A DNA stretch of 64,000 nt from assembly GCA_044229975.1 (NCBI GenBank), contig JBGARZ010000003.1:96001-160000 (forward strand), given 5' to 3'. The position numbers were made by a program, and so were the translations under genes. Positions 26,746 to 35,822 of the stretch are shown here, piece after piece; position 1 is the first letter of the stretch, and the number at the start of each line of letters is the position of its first letter. The DNA is from Polyangiales bacterium (GTDB lineage Bacteria > Myxococcota_A > Polyangia > Polyangiales > Ga0077539). Below the pieces are notes generated by a model. That model was not told where the DNA came from, did not search any database, and saw only the letters and a program-made list of their open reading frames with translations.

Positions 26746-27906
26746 TCAGCCCGGGGTCTGCGTCGGGCAGCCGAAGACGATGCGAACCTCGGCGCCCGCG
26801 TCGGACGTGATGCGCTGGCAGGCCGGCCCGTAGAGGATCACCGAGCGCATGCCCGCCGAGTAGTCCCAGCCGTTGTTGTGGTCGACGTCGCGCGGGATGA
26901 CCGAGGACGTTCCGCCGGAGGTGAGGTCGACGTTGACGCGCGTCGGGTCGACCCGCGACGGGTCGGCGTCCACCGCGAACTCGCAGCTCAGCGCGCGGCC
27001 GCGGATGTCGTCGAGCGCACGCGCGAGGTCGGCCTCGAAGGAGCCGTCACCGAGGCTGTAGTGGCAAGTCGAGAGGCCCTGGCAGCCGGGCTCGCGCGGC
27101 GAGTTGCCGGTAAACGCGAGGTCGGACAGGAAGGTGTCGTTGGCGGAGGGCGTCCCGGCGACGAAGTAGCGGATGGGTGGCACGCCGCGGGCTCCTCGCG
27201 CCACCGCGACGCGAACGGCGTCGGAGGCGATGCGCTCTTGCGTCGCCTGGCAGGCGAGGAAGGCCCCGATGTCGAGGGGGTTGGGGAAGCAGATGGTGGC
27301 GGTGGTGCACTCCTGCGTGGGCGCGCCGTCGGTGATGAGGATGACGTTGCGCGAGCCGTCCATGGTGAACGCGTCGTAGTAGTTACGCGTCCCCTCCATG
27401 GCGCAGGCCATCGGCGTGTTGCCGTTGGGCGAGGCGCTCGACAGCGACGACATGAGACGCGTGCGGTTGGTGCGGAGCGAGTCGACGGCGACGAGCGGGC
27501 GCGTGTACCCGGAGGCCATGTCGGACGACCCGGAGGTCGAAGGAAACATCGTCAGCCCGACCCGCACGTCGTCATCGAGCCCCGTGAGCAGCGTCTGTAG
27601 CCCGCGCACCGCGGACGTCCACCGCGACGGCGTGCCCATCGCCATGGAGCCCGATCGGTCGAGTACGATGAGCAGGTTGACCGGCAGCCGGCGCGCGTCG
27701 GCGGTGGTCGTCGCGCACGAGGCGTCCTGATCGATCACCACCACGCCGCGGTCGGGGATCGGGATCGCGTCGCGCGTCGGGGTGATCGCGCCATCGGTCA
27801 TCGGCGTGACCACCGACGCGTCTCGCGTCGTGAAGGTCGGCGCCGTCTCCGGCGAGCACGCGACCAGGGCCAGCACACCAAGCATCGTCAAGCGTCGGGT
27901 GGTCAT
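26746..27906 (-). CDS. von Willebrand factor A domain lipoprotein
   Basis: Lipobox ALVAC; MIDAS motif LDRSGSM, NTPM, LITDGAP; Cys-containing C-terminal domain ending VFGCPT. Confidence 0.88.
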   Translation of the reverse strand: MTTRRLTMLGVLALVACSPETAPTFTTRDASVVTPMTDGAITPTRDAIPIPDRGVVVIDQDASCATTTADARRLPVNLLIVLDRSGSMAMGTPSRWTSAVRGLQTLLTGLDDDVRVGLTMFPSTSGSSDMASGYTRPLVAVDSLRTNRTRLMSSLSSASPNGNTPMACAMEGTRNYYDAFTMDGSRNVILITDGAPTQECTTATICFPNPLDIGAFLACQATQERIASDAVRVAVARGARGVPPIRYFVAGTPSANDTFLSDLAFTGNSPREPGCQGLSTCHYSLGDGSFEADLARALDDIRGRALSCEFAVDADPSRVDPTRVNVDLTSGGTSSVIPRDVDHNNGWDYSAGMRSVILYGPACQRITSDAGAEVRIVFGCPTQTPG

Positions 27907-27943
27907 CACGGGCGGAGACTCTACCAACGCCCGCGCGTCGCTG

Positions 27944-28363
27944 TCAGGTAGTCCCGCCTCCGCCGCCACCACCACCCTTAGCCCCGTCACCCTTTCGGAG
28001 GATGCGCTTGGCCACCACCCCCAGCACCAGCAGCGCCGCCCCGCTCAACAGCATCACCGGACCGAAGAACTCCTCGCGCGCGCTCGGCGGCGGAGCCTCT
28101 TCGGCCGTGGCGTCTTCGACACGCCTGCGGCCGTGCGTCCCCGCCCGCGACCCGCCGCCCGCGCGCCCCGCCGGGCCGTCGACGCTCTCGCCGAGGCCGC
28201 TGACCTCCTGCGACGACTCCAGCGCCCGCGACGTGGTGTTGCTGCCAAACACCCGCCACGCCGCGATGCCCACCAGCCCGACGACCACCAGCACGATGAC
28301 GTACTCGATGGTCGAGAGCCCACGATCGTCTGCCCCCAGCGAATGCCGCCTCTTCGCTCGCAT
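27944..28363 (-). CDS. Flp/Fap-type (type IVc) pilin-like protein with C-terminal extension and second TM helix
   Basis: DDRG|LSTIEYVIVLVVVGLVGIAAWRVFG Flp prepilin motif (G-1, E+5, Y+6). Confidence 0.72.
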   Translation of the reverse strand: MRAKRRHSLGADDRGLSTIEYVIVLVVVGLVGIAAWRVFGSNTTSRALESSQEVSGLGESVDGPAGRAGGGSRAGTHGRRRVEDATAEEAPPPSAREEFFGPVMLLSGAALLVLGVVAKRILRKGDGAKGGGGGGGGTT

Positions 28364-28385
28364 CGCGGCGGACGCTACCACGCCC

Positions 28386-28613
28386 TCAGTCGGGGCCACG
28401 ATCACGCGCGAAGCCCGCGTCGCGAAAGGGGCTCGTCGGCACGACGCAGCGGTTGTCGGCGGTGCACACCTCGCCGAGTCGACAGGAGGGGAAGCAGATC
28501 TCCCCGCGCTCGGACGTCGGCCCCGCGTCCTCCGTGTACACGGTCTCGCCCTGACAGCCGACCGCGACCAGCGCCGCGAACAGCCACCACGCCCATGCCT
28601 CGCGCTTCGTCAT
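28386..28613 (-). CDS. Small Cys-rich lipoprotein
   Basis: Lipobox VAVGC; CFPSCRLGEVCTADNRC four-Cys module. Confidence 0.7.
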   Translation of the reverse strand: MTKREAWAWWLFAALVAVGCQGETVYTEDAGPTSERGEICFPSCRLGEVCTADNRCVVPTSPFRDAGFARDRGPD

Positions 28614-28668
28614 CGCGCCGAGCGTAGCGCGCCCGTTGACGGGGCGTCCCTCGCGCGTGCATCCCAGT

Positions 28669-29439
28669 GTGACCGTGACGCCCCTCCGCCGTTCTCTCCT
28701 CGCCGCCTTCGTCGCCGCCGTCGCCTGCCGCCGGTCCCCCGCCGGACCTGCGCCCGCGCCGCGCTACCTCCTCGGGCTCTCGCCCGGTCCGTCGTTTACG
28801 GTGCTGGGCGCCACGCTCTACGCCGACCGCGACCTCCGCTATCGCGACAGCCAGTGCCTCGGCGTGAAGCTCGTTCAGGGCCACGAGCCCCCGATGCTCG
28901 ACGGCGGCCGGGTCGAGCTCTGGGTCGTGGGCGGCGACCAGATCGGCCACGTCGACCGTTCGCCCGCAGGCCGCTACCACGCCGCGGTGCGCTCGGTGCT
29001 CACGCCGGGCACCCGCGTCGCAGGCAACCTCGTGGGGAGTCCCTCCGTCGCGGCCCACCGCTTCCACAGCCCGGCGCACGTGCCGCTGCCCGTACAGCGG
29101 ATCCGGCCCGACGCGGGGTTTGCGCTGAGGCTCGGCGAGCCGCTGCCCGTCACCTGGCGGGGAAGCGACAGCTCCCACGTCGCCATCGTCGTGACCGTGT
29201 CCCGCGGCCCCGCCGAGGCCGCGACCGAGGGCTGGTTGCTGACCTGCGTGGCGCCGAGAGGGAGGGGGAGGTTCTCCATTCCGGCGACGGCGTTTCCCCG
29301 GGAGCACATCCCGGCCGACGCCGACACGGTGACCGTGACCGTCGCCGCTGATGATCGGGTGGTAGAGGAGGACTACGCGCTCGACGTCACGCCCGTCGGC
29401 TCGGCCGAAGACCAGGCCGTCGGGCGCTTCGTCCGCTGA
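28669..29439 (+). CDS. Hypothetical lipoprotein
   Basis: RRSLLAAFVAAVAC lipobox; beta-rich C-terminus (LPVTW...LTCVAP..GRFSIP). Confidence 0.65.
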   Translation: MTVTPLRRSLLAAFVAAVACRRSPAGPAPAPRYLLGLSPGPSFTVLGATLYADRDLRYRDSQCLGVKLVQGHEPPMLDGGRVELWVVGGDQIGHVDRSPAGRYHAAVRSVLTPGTRVAGNLVGSPSVAAHRFHSPAHVPLPVQRIRPDAGFALRLGEPLPVTWRGSDSSHVAIVVTVSRGPAEAATEGWLLTCVAPRGRGRFSIPATAFPREHIPADADTVTVTVAADDRVVEEDYALDVTPVGSAEDQAVGRFVR

Positions 29440-30528
29440 TCAGTTGGCCGAGACCGAGCCGGAGACCTGCACCGAGACCTGCACCGACACGTTGACGCTC
29501 GCCACCGCGCTCACGAGTCCGGTGGTGGCGATGCCCGCGCACGCCGTCACCTGCGCGCCCACCGCGCCGAGGGCGTTGGGCAGCTCGTGCGCCGAGCGCA
29601 CCACGGCCGCGCCCGACGAGGCCGCCTGCTCCAGGCGCGAGCGCAGCAGCATGATCTGCGAGAAGCCGCCGCGGAGGGCGGCCTGCACGTGCGTGACCTT
29701 CTCCTGGAGGTTGCTCGCCACGTTGCCCGTGATGGTCAGCTCGGCGCGGCCCGGCGAGCAGGTCGCCTGCGCGTTGAGGCGGGCGTCGCACGCCGCGCGG
29801 CAGTCGGCGCTCACCCGCGGCGGCTGCACGTGCCCCGTGCACCGCGGCGCCGTGAAGGCCACCGAGCAACCGCCGCGGCACTCGCCGCTGCAGGTCCCCG
29901 AGGCGCGCGCCACGCAGCGACCCTGACACGTTCCGTTGCAGGCGCCGCCGGAGGTCGACGAGCCCGAGCAGGTGCCCTCGCAGGTGCCGTTGCAGGTGCC
30001 GCTGACGTCGACCGCGCACTGGCCGGTGCAGGAAGCCGAGCACTGGCCGCGCAGCTCGCCGCCCTCGCACTCGAGCTGCGCCGAGCCCGGCGTGTACGAC
30101 GCGTCGCACTCGCCCGCGCAGCGCGCGTACCCGTCGATGCTCACCTCGCAGCGCGGGGGGACGGCCACCAGTTCGACGCGCACGCCGCCTGACGCGCGGA
30201 TGGCCGCGAGGTCGTCGCGGAGCTGGTTGGACACCCGGGTGCACGCCGCGCGCACGGCGTCGGGGCTGTCGCCCGAGCCGAGCTCGCTGTCGGGAATCGC
30301 GAGGTCGTGCCCGATCTGCCGACACGCGTTGAGCAGCCCCGACTGGAGCTCGGTCGCCGCCTGCGTGAAGGCACCCGCCGTGGCGATGAAGGTCTCCACC
30401 TTCTGGGCGCCCGCCGTGCCGCCGAGGTCGCCGCTGCACGCGGCGCTCATCCCGGGAATTCCACCGCCGAGCATTCCACAGCTCGTCAGCACCACCGTCA
30501 GCGCGAGGCCCATGTTCTGAATCCGCAT
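29440..30528 (-). CDS. Cys-rich (CxGxC repeat) lipoprotein
   Basis: AAGGAGA RBS; lipobox VLTSC; repeated CSASCTGQC/CNGTCEGTC/CSGECRGGC. Confidence 0.8.
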   Translation of the reverse strand: MRIQNMGLALTVVLTSCGMLGGGIPGMSAACSGDLGGTAGAQKVETFIATAGAFTQAATELQSGLLNACRQIGHDLAIPDSELGSGDSPDAVRAACTRVSNQLRDDLAAIRASGGVRVELVAVPPRCEVSIDGYARCAGECDASYTPGSAQLECEGGELRGQCSASCTGQCAVDVSGTCNGTCEGTCSGSSTSGGACNGTCQGRCVARASGTCSGECRGGCSVAFTAPRCTGHVQPPRVSADCRAACDARLNAQATCSPGRAELTITGNVASNLQEKVTHVQAALRGGFSQIMLLRSRLEQAASSGAAVVRSAHELPNALGAVGAQVTACAGIATTGLVSAVASVNVSVQVSVQVSGSVSAN

Positions 30529-30754
30529 CGTCGTCTCCTTGCGTACCGCGGCCCCCACCGTGCGGCGCGGCCGTCTGTCGGGAATGAACGACGAGACCCG
30601 AACCCTGCGCAAGGACTTCCGTCAGCCGTCGGTGGTCACTTCCAACGTGGCTGTCGCGACAAACCCGATGCTAACGTCCGTGTCCCTGCGGCGCCGTTGC
30701 ACCCGGAACCACCGGTGGCGGGCGCCGACGATCACCCCGACGAGGAGCTTACGA

Positions 30755-31231
30755 ATGAGCGATGAGAAGCTGGCGATGGAGCGGAGAACCTTCCTGTGCG
30801 TGCTGGGCGCCGCGGGCGTGACGGCAGGCATCGCGGGCTGCGGCGGCGACGAGGTGATCGCGCCCTTCACCGCGGGCAACGTGACCGACCACGCCGCGAA
30901 CGTCTGGAAGCTCTTCAGTGCTCAGAAGACCATCGTCGGTCGCGACGCGGGCGGCTACTTCGCGTACTCCGCGACCTGCACCCACGAGGCGACCACCATC
31001 GCCTTTCGCACGGGCACGACGTGCAGCACCCCGACGGGCTGCACCTCGCAGAGCACCACCGGGCTCACCGAGTGTCCGCTGCACTTCTCCCGCTTCGGCG
31101 CCAACGGTGAGCAGACCCGCGGCCCCGCGCCCGAAGGAACCCTCGTGCACTACCAGGTCACCATCGCCAACGGCGTCATCACGGTGAACCCGGGCGTCAC
31201 CGTCGCCGCCACGGTGCGCACCGCCGCCTGA
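30755..31231 (+). CDS. Tat-exported Rieske [2Fe-2S] lipoprotein
   Basis: ERRTFL twin-arginine signal, IAGC lipobox, CTH and CPLH ligand boxes, GPAP; GAGGAG RBS. Confidence 0.85.
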   Translation: MSDEKLAMERRTFLCVLGAAGVTAGIAGCGGDEVIAPFTAGNVTDHAANVWKLFSAQKTIVGRDAGGYFAYSATCTHEATTIAFRTGTTCSTPTGCTSQSTTGLTECPLHFSRFGANGEQTRGPAPEGTLVHYQVTIANGVITVNPGVTVAATVRTAA

Positions 31232-31243
31232 GAAGACGCGCCG

Positions 31244-32446
31244 TCAGGGGCAGCGCGGCAGCGTCGCCGTGCGCCCATCCCAGAGCGCGCCCGAGCGCAC
31301 GAACGAGTCTCTCCCCTCCCCCACCACGTACGGATCCAGCGTCTCGTCGCCGCGGGCGAAGCGCTCCAGAAACGCCACCGTCAGGAAGCGCAGCGCCGTC
31401 GCGCGCGAGTCGAGCGGCGTCGCGCCGCGCGCGCACAGGCTGCATTGAAACCCGCACGCGGTGTCGACGAAGTCGTTGTGCCCGAAGTTGGCGAGCGGAT
31501 AGAGCCCGACGCGCGCACCCGCGGGCGCCGCGGCGGCGAAGCGGAGGTAGTTGCTGGCCTCGGGCGCGCACGACTGACCCAGGTTGAGGCAGCGCGACTG
31601 CGTGGCGCCGAAGAGCGCGAGCGGACGCACCAGCCGGCCCATCTGCTCGGGCGCGATGGACGGCGTCGCCTCGGTCACGCCGCCGATGGGGGACGGGTTG
31701 TCGTCCACCGGGTCGAGCGCCACGCCCGCGAGGAAGGCGGGCGCATCGAGCAGCGCCATGATGGCCCCTTTGCCGCCCAGGGAGTGGCCCATCACCACGC
31801 TGCGGTTGACGTCGATGATGCCGCTGGCGGGGAAGCCCGTGACGCCCGACGCGAGCGCCGTGCGTGCCGCGATGAGCGCCCGCGCGACGTTGCGGTGGTC
31901 GACCGCGAGGATCGTCCCCGGGTAGTCGACGGACACCACGACGTAGCCCCACGACGCAACGTGCGACAGCAGCCCGTCGTAGTTGCCCACCGCGAGCTGG
32001 AAGCCGTGCGCGAAGAACACCACCGGCACCCGCGCCCCGGTGCCCAGCGGGAAGAGCGCCCTCGCCTGCGTCGCGGTGCCTGGGATGGCGCCCATCCAGG
32101 TGCTGACCGTGTACGGGCCGCGCGACGAGAGATCGCGCCCGCCCGCATCGAGCGCCGGACCCGGAACGTCACCCGTCGCCACGACCCCGGCGTCTGCGGA
32201 GGGAGCGTCGACGCCGAGGTCATCGATCACGCCCGCGTCGACCTCAATCGCGGCAACGTCGTCCGCCCGCGCAGGGACGTCGTCCGCGGCCGTGCCGAGA
32301 TCGACCGTCGCCGCGACGTCCACGGTGTTGACCGCATCGGTGCCGACCCCGGTGTCAGCCGTCGGCGGGCGGTAGCTCACCACGTCGGTACACCCCACCA
32401 GCATCACCGCGGCCAGCGCCGCACCCGAGTTCCACGCTGTCCGCAT
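31244..32446 (-). CDS. Alpha/beta hydrolase lipoprotein, chlorophyllase-like
   Basis: Lipobox LVGC; PVVFFAHGF, SHVASWGYVVV, GHSLGG nucleophile elbow, ALDPVD, GHNDFVD. Confidence 0.8.
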   Translation of the reverse strand: MRTAWNSGAALAAVMLVGCTDVVSYRPPTADTGVGTDAVNTVDVAATVDLGTAADDVPARADDVAAIEVDAGVIDDLGVDAPSADAGVVATGDVPGPALDAGGRDLSSRGPYTVSTWMGAIPGTATQARALFPLGTGARVPVVFFAHGFQLAVGNYDGLLSHVASWGYVVVSVDYPGTILAVDHRNVARALIAARTALASGVTGFPASGIIDVNRSVVMGHSLGGKGAIMALLDAPAFLAGVALDPVDDNPSPIGGVTEATPSIAPEQMGRLVRPLALFGATQSRCLNLGQSCAPEASNYLRFAAAAPAGARVGLYPLANFGHNDFVDTACGFQCSLCARGATPLDSRATALRFLTVAFLERFARGDETLDPYVVGEGRDSFVRSGALWDGRTATLPRCP

Positions 32447-32477
32447 GGACGCTTCCTCTACCGCGTCGCTCGCATTT

Positions 32478-33101
32478 TCACGAGCCCCGAAGATGGTCGA
32501 GGTGGCGCGTGTCGTTGAGGGATGAGACCCGCATCACCGTCGGCTCGCTCCAGTCGAAGCGATGCACCGCGCAGTTCTCCGACGGAAACACGAGGCCCGT
32601 GTCATCGGAGCGCAGCAGCCGACGAAGGACGTGGTGCAACGCCACCCCGTGGCTCACCACCACGACGACACCGCTCGGGTGTGCGGCAAGGATGTCGTCG
32701 ATCGCGAGGTTGACCCGCGCACCGCACTGCCGATGCGACTCGCCGCCCGGCGGGGTGAACTCCGGGTCGCGCGTTCGCAGGGCCTTCCACGCCTCGGGCT
32801 GCTCGGCCTCCAGCGTCTCGAAGCGAACGCCCACGAACGATCCCATGTCCCGCTCGCGCAGCCTCGGATCGGAGGTCACCGCGAGGCCCGTGCGCGACGC
32901 CAGCGGTGCCACCGTCGAGAGCGCCCGCACGAGGTCGCTGCTGTACAGCGCCGTGGGTCCAAGCGGCGCGAGGGCGTCGGCCACCGCCTCGGCCTGTCGC
33001 TCACCGAGCGCACTCAGCGGCGACGCGCTGTGTCCCGTGAACATCCTCCCCGCGTTGCCCTCGGACTCTCCGTGACGCACCAGCAGCAGCGTTCGCTTCA
33101 A
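32478..33101 (-). CDS. Histidine phosphatase (phosphoglycerate mutase) family protein
   Basis: VRHGES, YSSDLVRA, LRERDMG, PGGES, VSHG. Confidence 0.92.
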   Translation of the reverse strand: MKRTLLLVRHGESEGNAGRMFTGHSASPLSALGERQAEAVADALAPLGPTALYSSDLVRALSTVAPLASRTGLAVTSDPRLRERDMGSFVGVRFETLEAEQPEAWKALRTRDPEFTPPGGESHRQCGARVNLAIDDILAAHPSGVVVVVSHGVALHHVLRRLLRSDDTGLVFPSENCAVHRFDWSEPTVMRVSSLNDTRHLDHLRGS

Positions 33102-33120
33102 GATCGTCTCTCCGTGTCGC

Positions 33121-35721
33121 TCATCGAATGCGGCCGAGGGCCGCGGGTGGTTGGGCGTGGCGTCCGTCTTCGGGCCACATGTGCCGCGGGTACTTCCGAC
33201 AGAGCTCGCGACGGATGGCCGGGTAGTGCTTCGCCCAGAAGCCTTCGAGGTCGGTCGTCACCTGCACCGCGCGCTGGTTGGGCGCGAGCAGATGCAGCAC
33301 CAGCGGTAGCTTTCCCCCGGCCACCGCCGGGCCCTTCGTCATGCCGAAGAAGTCCTGCAGCCGCGACTCCATCCACGGCGCCTTCGCGAGCTCGTACTGC
33401 ACCTTCACCATGCGCCCGCCGCCCAGCGCCACCTTCTCCGGCGCGAGCTCTTCGAGCGCTCGTCGCTGCGCGCCATCGAGGCCATCCCGCAGCGCATCGA
33501 GCAGCCCCGCGCGCCGCACGTCGGCCATCGATCGGGCGCCCACGCAGCACTGCCGCAGCCCCAGCTCCAGCAGCGCGTCACCGTCCGTCGGCAACCCAAG
33601 CGCGGGCATTCGCGCGGCCACGAAGGACACCCGCGCCAGCCACCGATCGACCGCGTCGGCATCCTCCACGAAGGAGCGCAGGCCCTTGCGCCGCGCCTCC
33701 TCCAGCAGACGTTCGGTGACCAGCCGCTCGACCTCGGGCGACGCGCTCGCCCGCCCTTCGTCGATGACCAGGCCCCGGTAGCGCATCACCCGCACCGGAT
33801 CGACCCGCTCGTCAGCCGCCACCCAGCGCGCCTCGACCGCGTCCACCACCGCCTCCGGAAACACCTCCAGCAACCACTCGGGTTCGACCACGCACGCCGT
33901 TCGCACCTGCACGCCACGGCCGCGCTGGTCGGTGCGCTCCTCCGCATCGATGGCCAGCACGAAGGCGCCACCACGCGCCTCGCTCGTGGCCGCGAGCGTC
34001 GCGGTGCCGCCCGAAGCCAGCGCGAGCTCGTCGCCCCGCAGTCGCCGCGCCACCCGGTCGGGGTAGCCTGACAGCAGCGCGAGGCCCAGCGTGTCTTCCC
34101 AGTCATTGCCCGGCGCCGTCAGTCCATCGACGACGAGCGTGCGGTCGCGCTTCGCCGCCGACACGAGCTGCTTGCGCGCACGATCAGCCGCCGCCGCGGA
34201 CAAGGGGTCGAGCCCGATGGCGCGGAGCATCCCCGGGTTGAAGCGTTCGCTCGACGCGCGGTCGAGCGCATCGAGAGCGGCGAGCACGTCCGAGCGCCCG
34301 TTGCTCGGGCTCCAGTCGCCGTCACGGTTGCCGCTCCGTCGCGACAGCAAGAGGTCGCGCTCCCCCAGCACCGCCGCTGCTCCCGCGGCGATGTCGAGCA
34401 GACCGCGACGCGCGCCCTCGACCACCACGCGCGCCAGCCGCGGGTGCGTCGGCAGCGCCAGCATCGAGCGCCCGGTCGCCGTGAGCTCACCCGCCTCGTC
34501 GAGCGCACCGAGGTCACGCAGCAGCCGCTCAGCCGCCTCCGCCGCAGCCGCGCCCGGTGCCTCGAACCACGGAAAGGTCCGCAGGTCGTGCTCACCCGCG
34601 GCGTGCAGCGCGAGCGCCGCGTCGGCGAGGTCGACCCGCTGCACCTCCGGCGTGTCGTGCTCGGGCCGCGTGTCGTGGTCGTGCTTCGTGTAGAGCCGCA
34701 CGCATCGCCCCGGGCGCGTTCGCCCAGCGCGACCGGCCCGCTGGGTCGCCGAGGCGCGCGACACCTTCGCGACCTTCAGCGTCGGCACGCCCGACCACGA
34801 CGCGTGGGCCGCGACGCGCGCGAGCCCGGAGTCGATGACCGCCACCACGCCGTCGATGGTGACGCTCGTCTCTGCCACGTTGGTCGACAGGATCACCTTG
34901 CGCTTCGACGCGGGTGACACGGCGCGATCCTGCTCGGCGCTCGGGAGGTCGCCGTGCAGTGGGAGCACCAGCAGGTCGGCCTCGTTGGCGACGGACGCGC
35001 ACGCCGACATCGCCCGCCGTATCTCCGCCGCCCCCGGCAGGAACACCAGCACGTCTCCGTCGAGCCCCTCCTTCACCAGCGTACGAACGGCGCTCGCGAC
35101 CTGTTGTTCGAGCGGCCGATCGTCGGGGCGGGTCATGTGCTCGATGGCCACGTCGAAGCGCCGCCCCTCGCTGGTCACGCGCGGCGCCGCGACGTCACCC
35201 TCACCGAGGAAGGACGCGACCCGCGCCCCGTCGAGCGTGGCCGACATCACCACGAGCTTCAAGTCGGGTCGAGCGCCCCGCTGGAGGCGACGCACCATGG
35301 CCAGCGCGAGGTCGCCCTGGAGGTGCCGCTCGTGAAACTCGTCGAGCACCACGACGCCCACCGAGGCGAGCGTCGGGTCGGAGAGCAGCCTCCGGGTGAG
35401 CACCCCTTCGGTGACGAAGCGCACCCGCGTCTTCGCGCTGGCGACCTCTTCGAAGCGCACCTGGAAGCCCACCGTCTGACCGAGCGCCTCGCCGCGCTCC
35501 TCGGCCACCCGGCGTGCTGCCATGCGGGTCGCGAGTCGCCGCGGTTCGAGCACCACCACTTCGCGCGAACCCGCGACGCCCGAGTCGAGCAGGGCCGAGG
35601 GGACGCGTGTGGTCTTGCCCGCGCCCGGCGGTGCTTCGAGCACGACGGACGGGCCCGCGCGCAGGGCGTCGATGAGGCCAGGCAGCACGGCGTCGATGGG
35701 GAGCGCGATCACGGCGCGCAC
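33121..35721 (-). CDS. hrpB: ATP-dependent RNA helicase HrpB
   Basis: APPGAGKTT, DEFHER, MSATL, STNVAETS, QRAGRAGR; HrpB C-terminus LLAPNQRAVQVTTDLEGFW...KYPRHMWPED. Confidence 0.95.
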   Translation of the reverse strand: MRAVIALPIDAVLPGLIDALRAGPSVVLEAPPGAGKTTRVPSALLDSGVAGSREVVVLEPRRLATRMAARRVAEERGEALGQTVGFQVRFEEVASAKTRVRFVTEGVLTRRLLSDPTLASVGVVVLDEFHERHLQGDLALAMVRRLQRGARPDLKLVVMSATLDGARVASFLGEGDVAAPRVTSEGRRFDVAIEHMTRPDDRPLEQQVASAVRTLVKEGLDGDVLVFLPGAAEIRRAMSACASVANEADLLVLPLHGDLPSAEQDRAVSPASKRKVILSTNVAETSVTIDGVVAVIDSGLARVAAHASWSGVPTLKVAKVSRASATQRAGRAGRTRPGRCVRLYTKHDHDTRPEHDTPEVQRVDLADAALALHAAGEHDLRTFPWFEAPGAAAAEAAERLLRDLGALDEAGELTATGRSMLALPTHPRLARVVVEGARRGLLDIAAGAAAVLGERDLLLSRRSGNRDGDWSPSNGRSDVLAALDALDRASSERFNPGMLRAIGLDPLSAAAADRARKQLVSAAKRDRTLVVDGLTAPGNDWEDTLGLALLSGYPDRVARRLRGDELALASGGTATLAATSEARGGAFVLAIDAEERTDQRGRGVQVRTACVVEPEWLLEVFPEAVVDAVEARWVAADERVDPVRVMRYRGLVIDEGRASASPEVERLVTERLLEEARRKGLRSFVEDADAVDRWLARVSFVAARMPALGLPTDGDALLELGLRQCCVGARSMADVRRAGLLDALRDGLDGAQRRALEELAPEKVALGGGRMVKVQYELAKAPWMESRLQDFFGMTKGPAVAGGKLPLVLHLLAPNQRAVQVTTDLEGFWAKHYPAIRRELCRKYPRHMWPEDGRHAQPPAALGRIR

Positions 35722-35822
35722 CTATACCTCCCGAGCGGAGTTGGCGTCATGCGGAGGGGCGAGCGCTGCCGAAATCGTGACGTCGGGCGCGCGGTGACTA
35801 GTCTGGCCGCAAGGAGGTCACA

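Noticed and set aside
31244..32446. PETase call
   Set aside because: Motifs (GHSLGGKG, DPVD, GHNDF) fit chlorophyllase-like enzymes better than the G(H/W)SMGGGG plus LTPW pattern of PET hydrolases.
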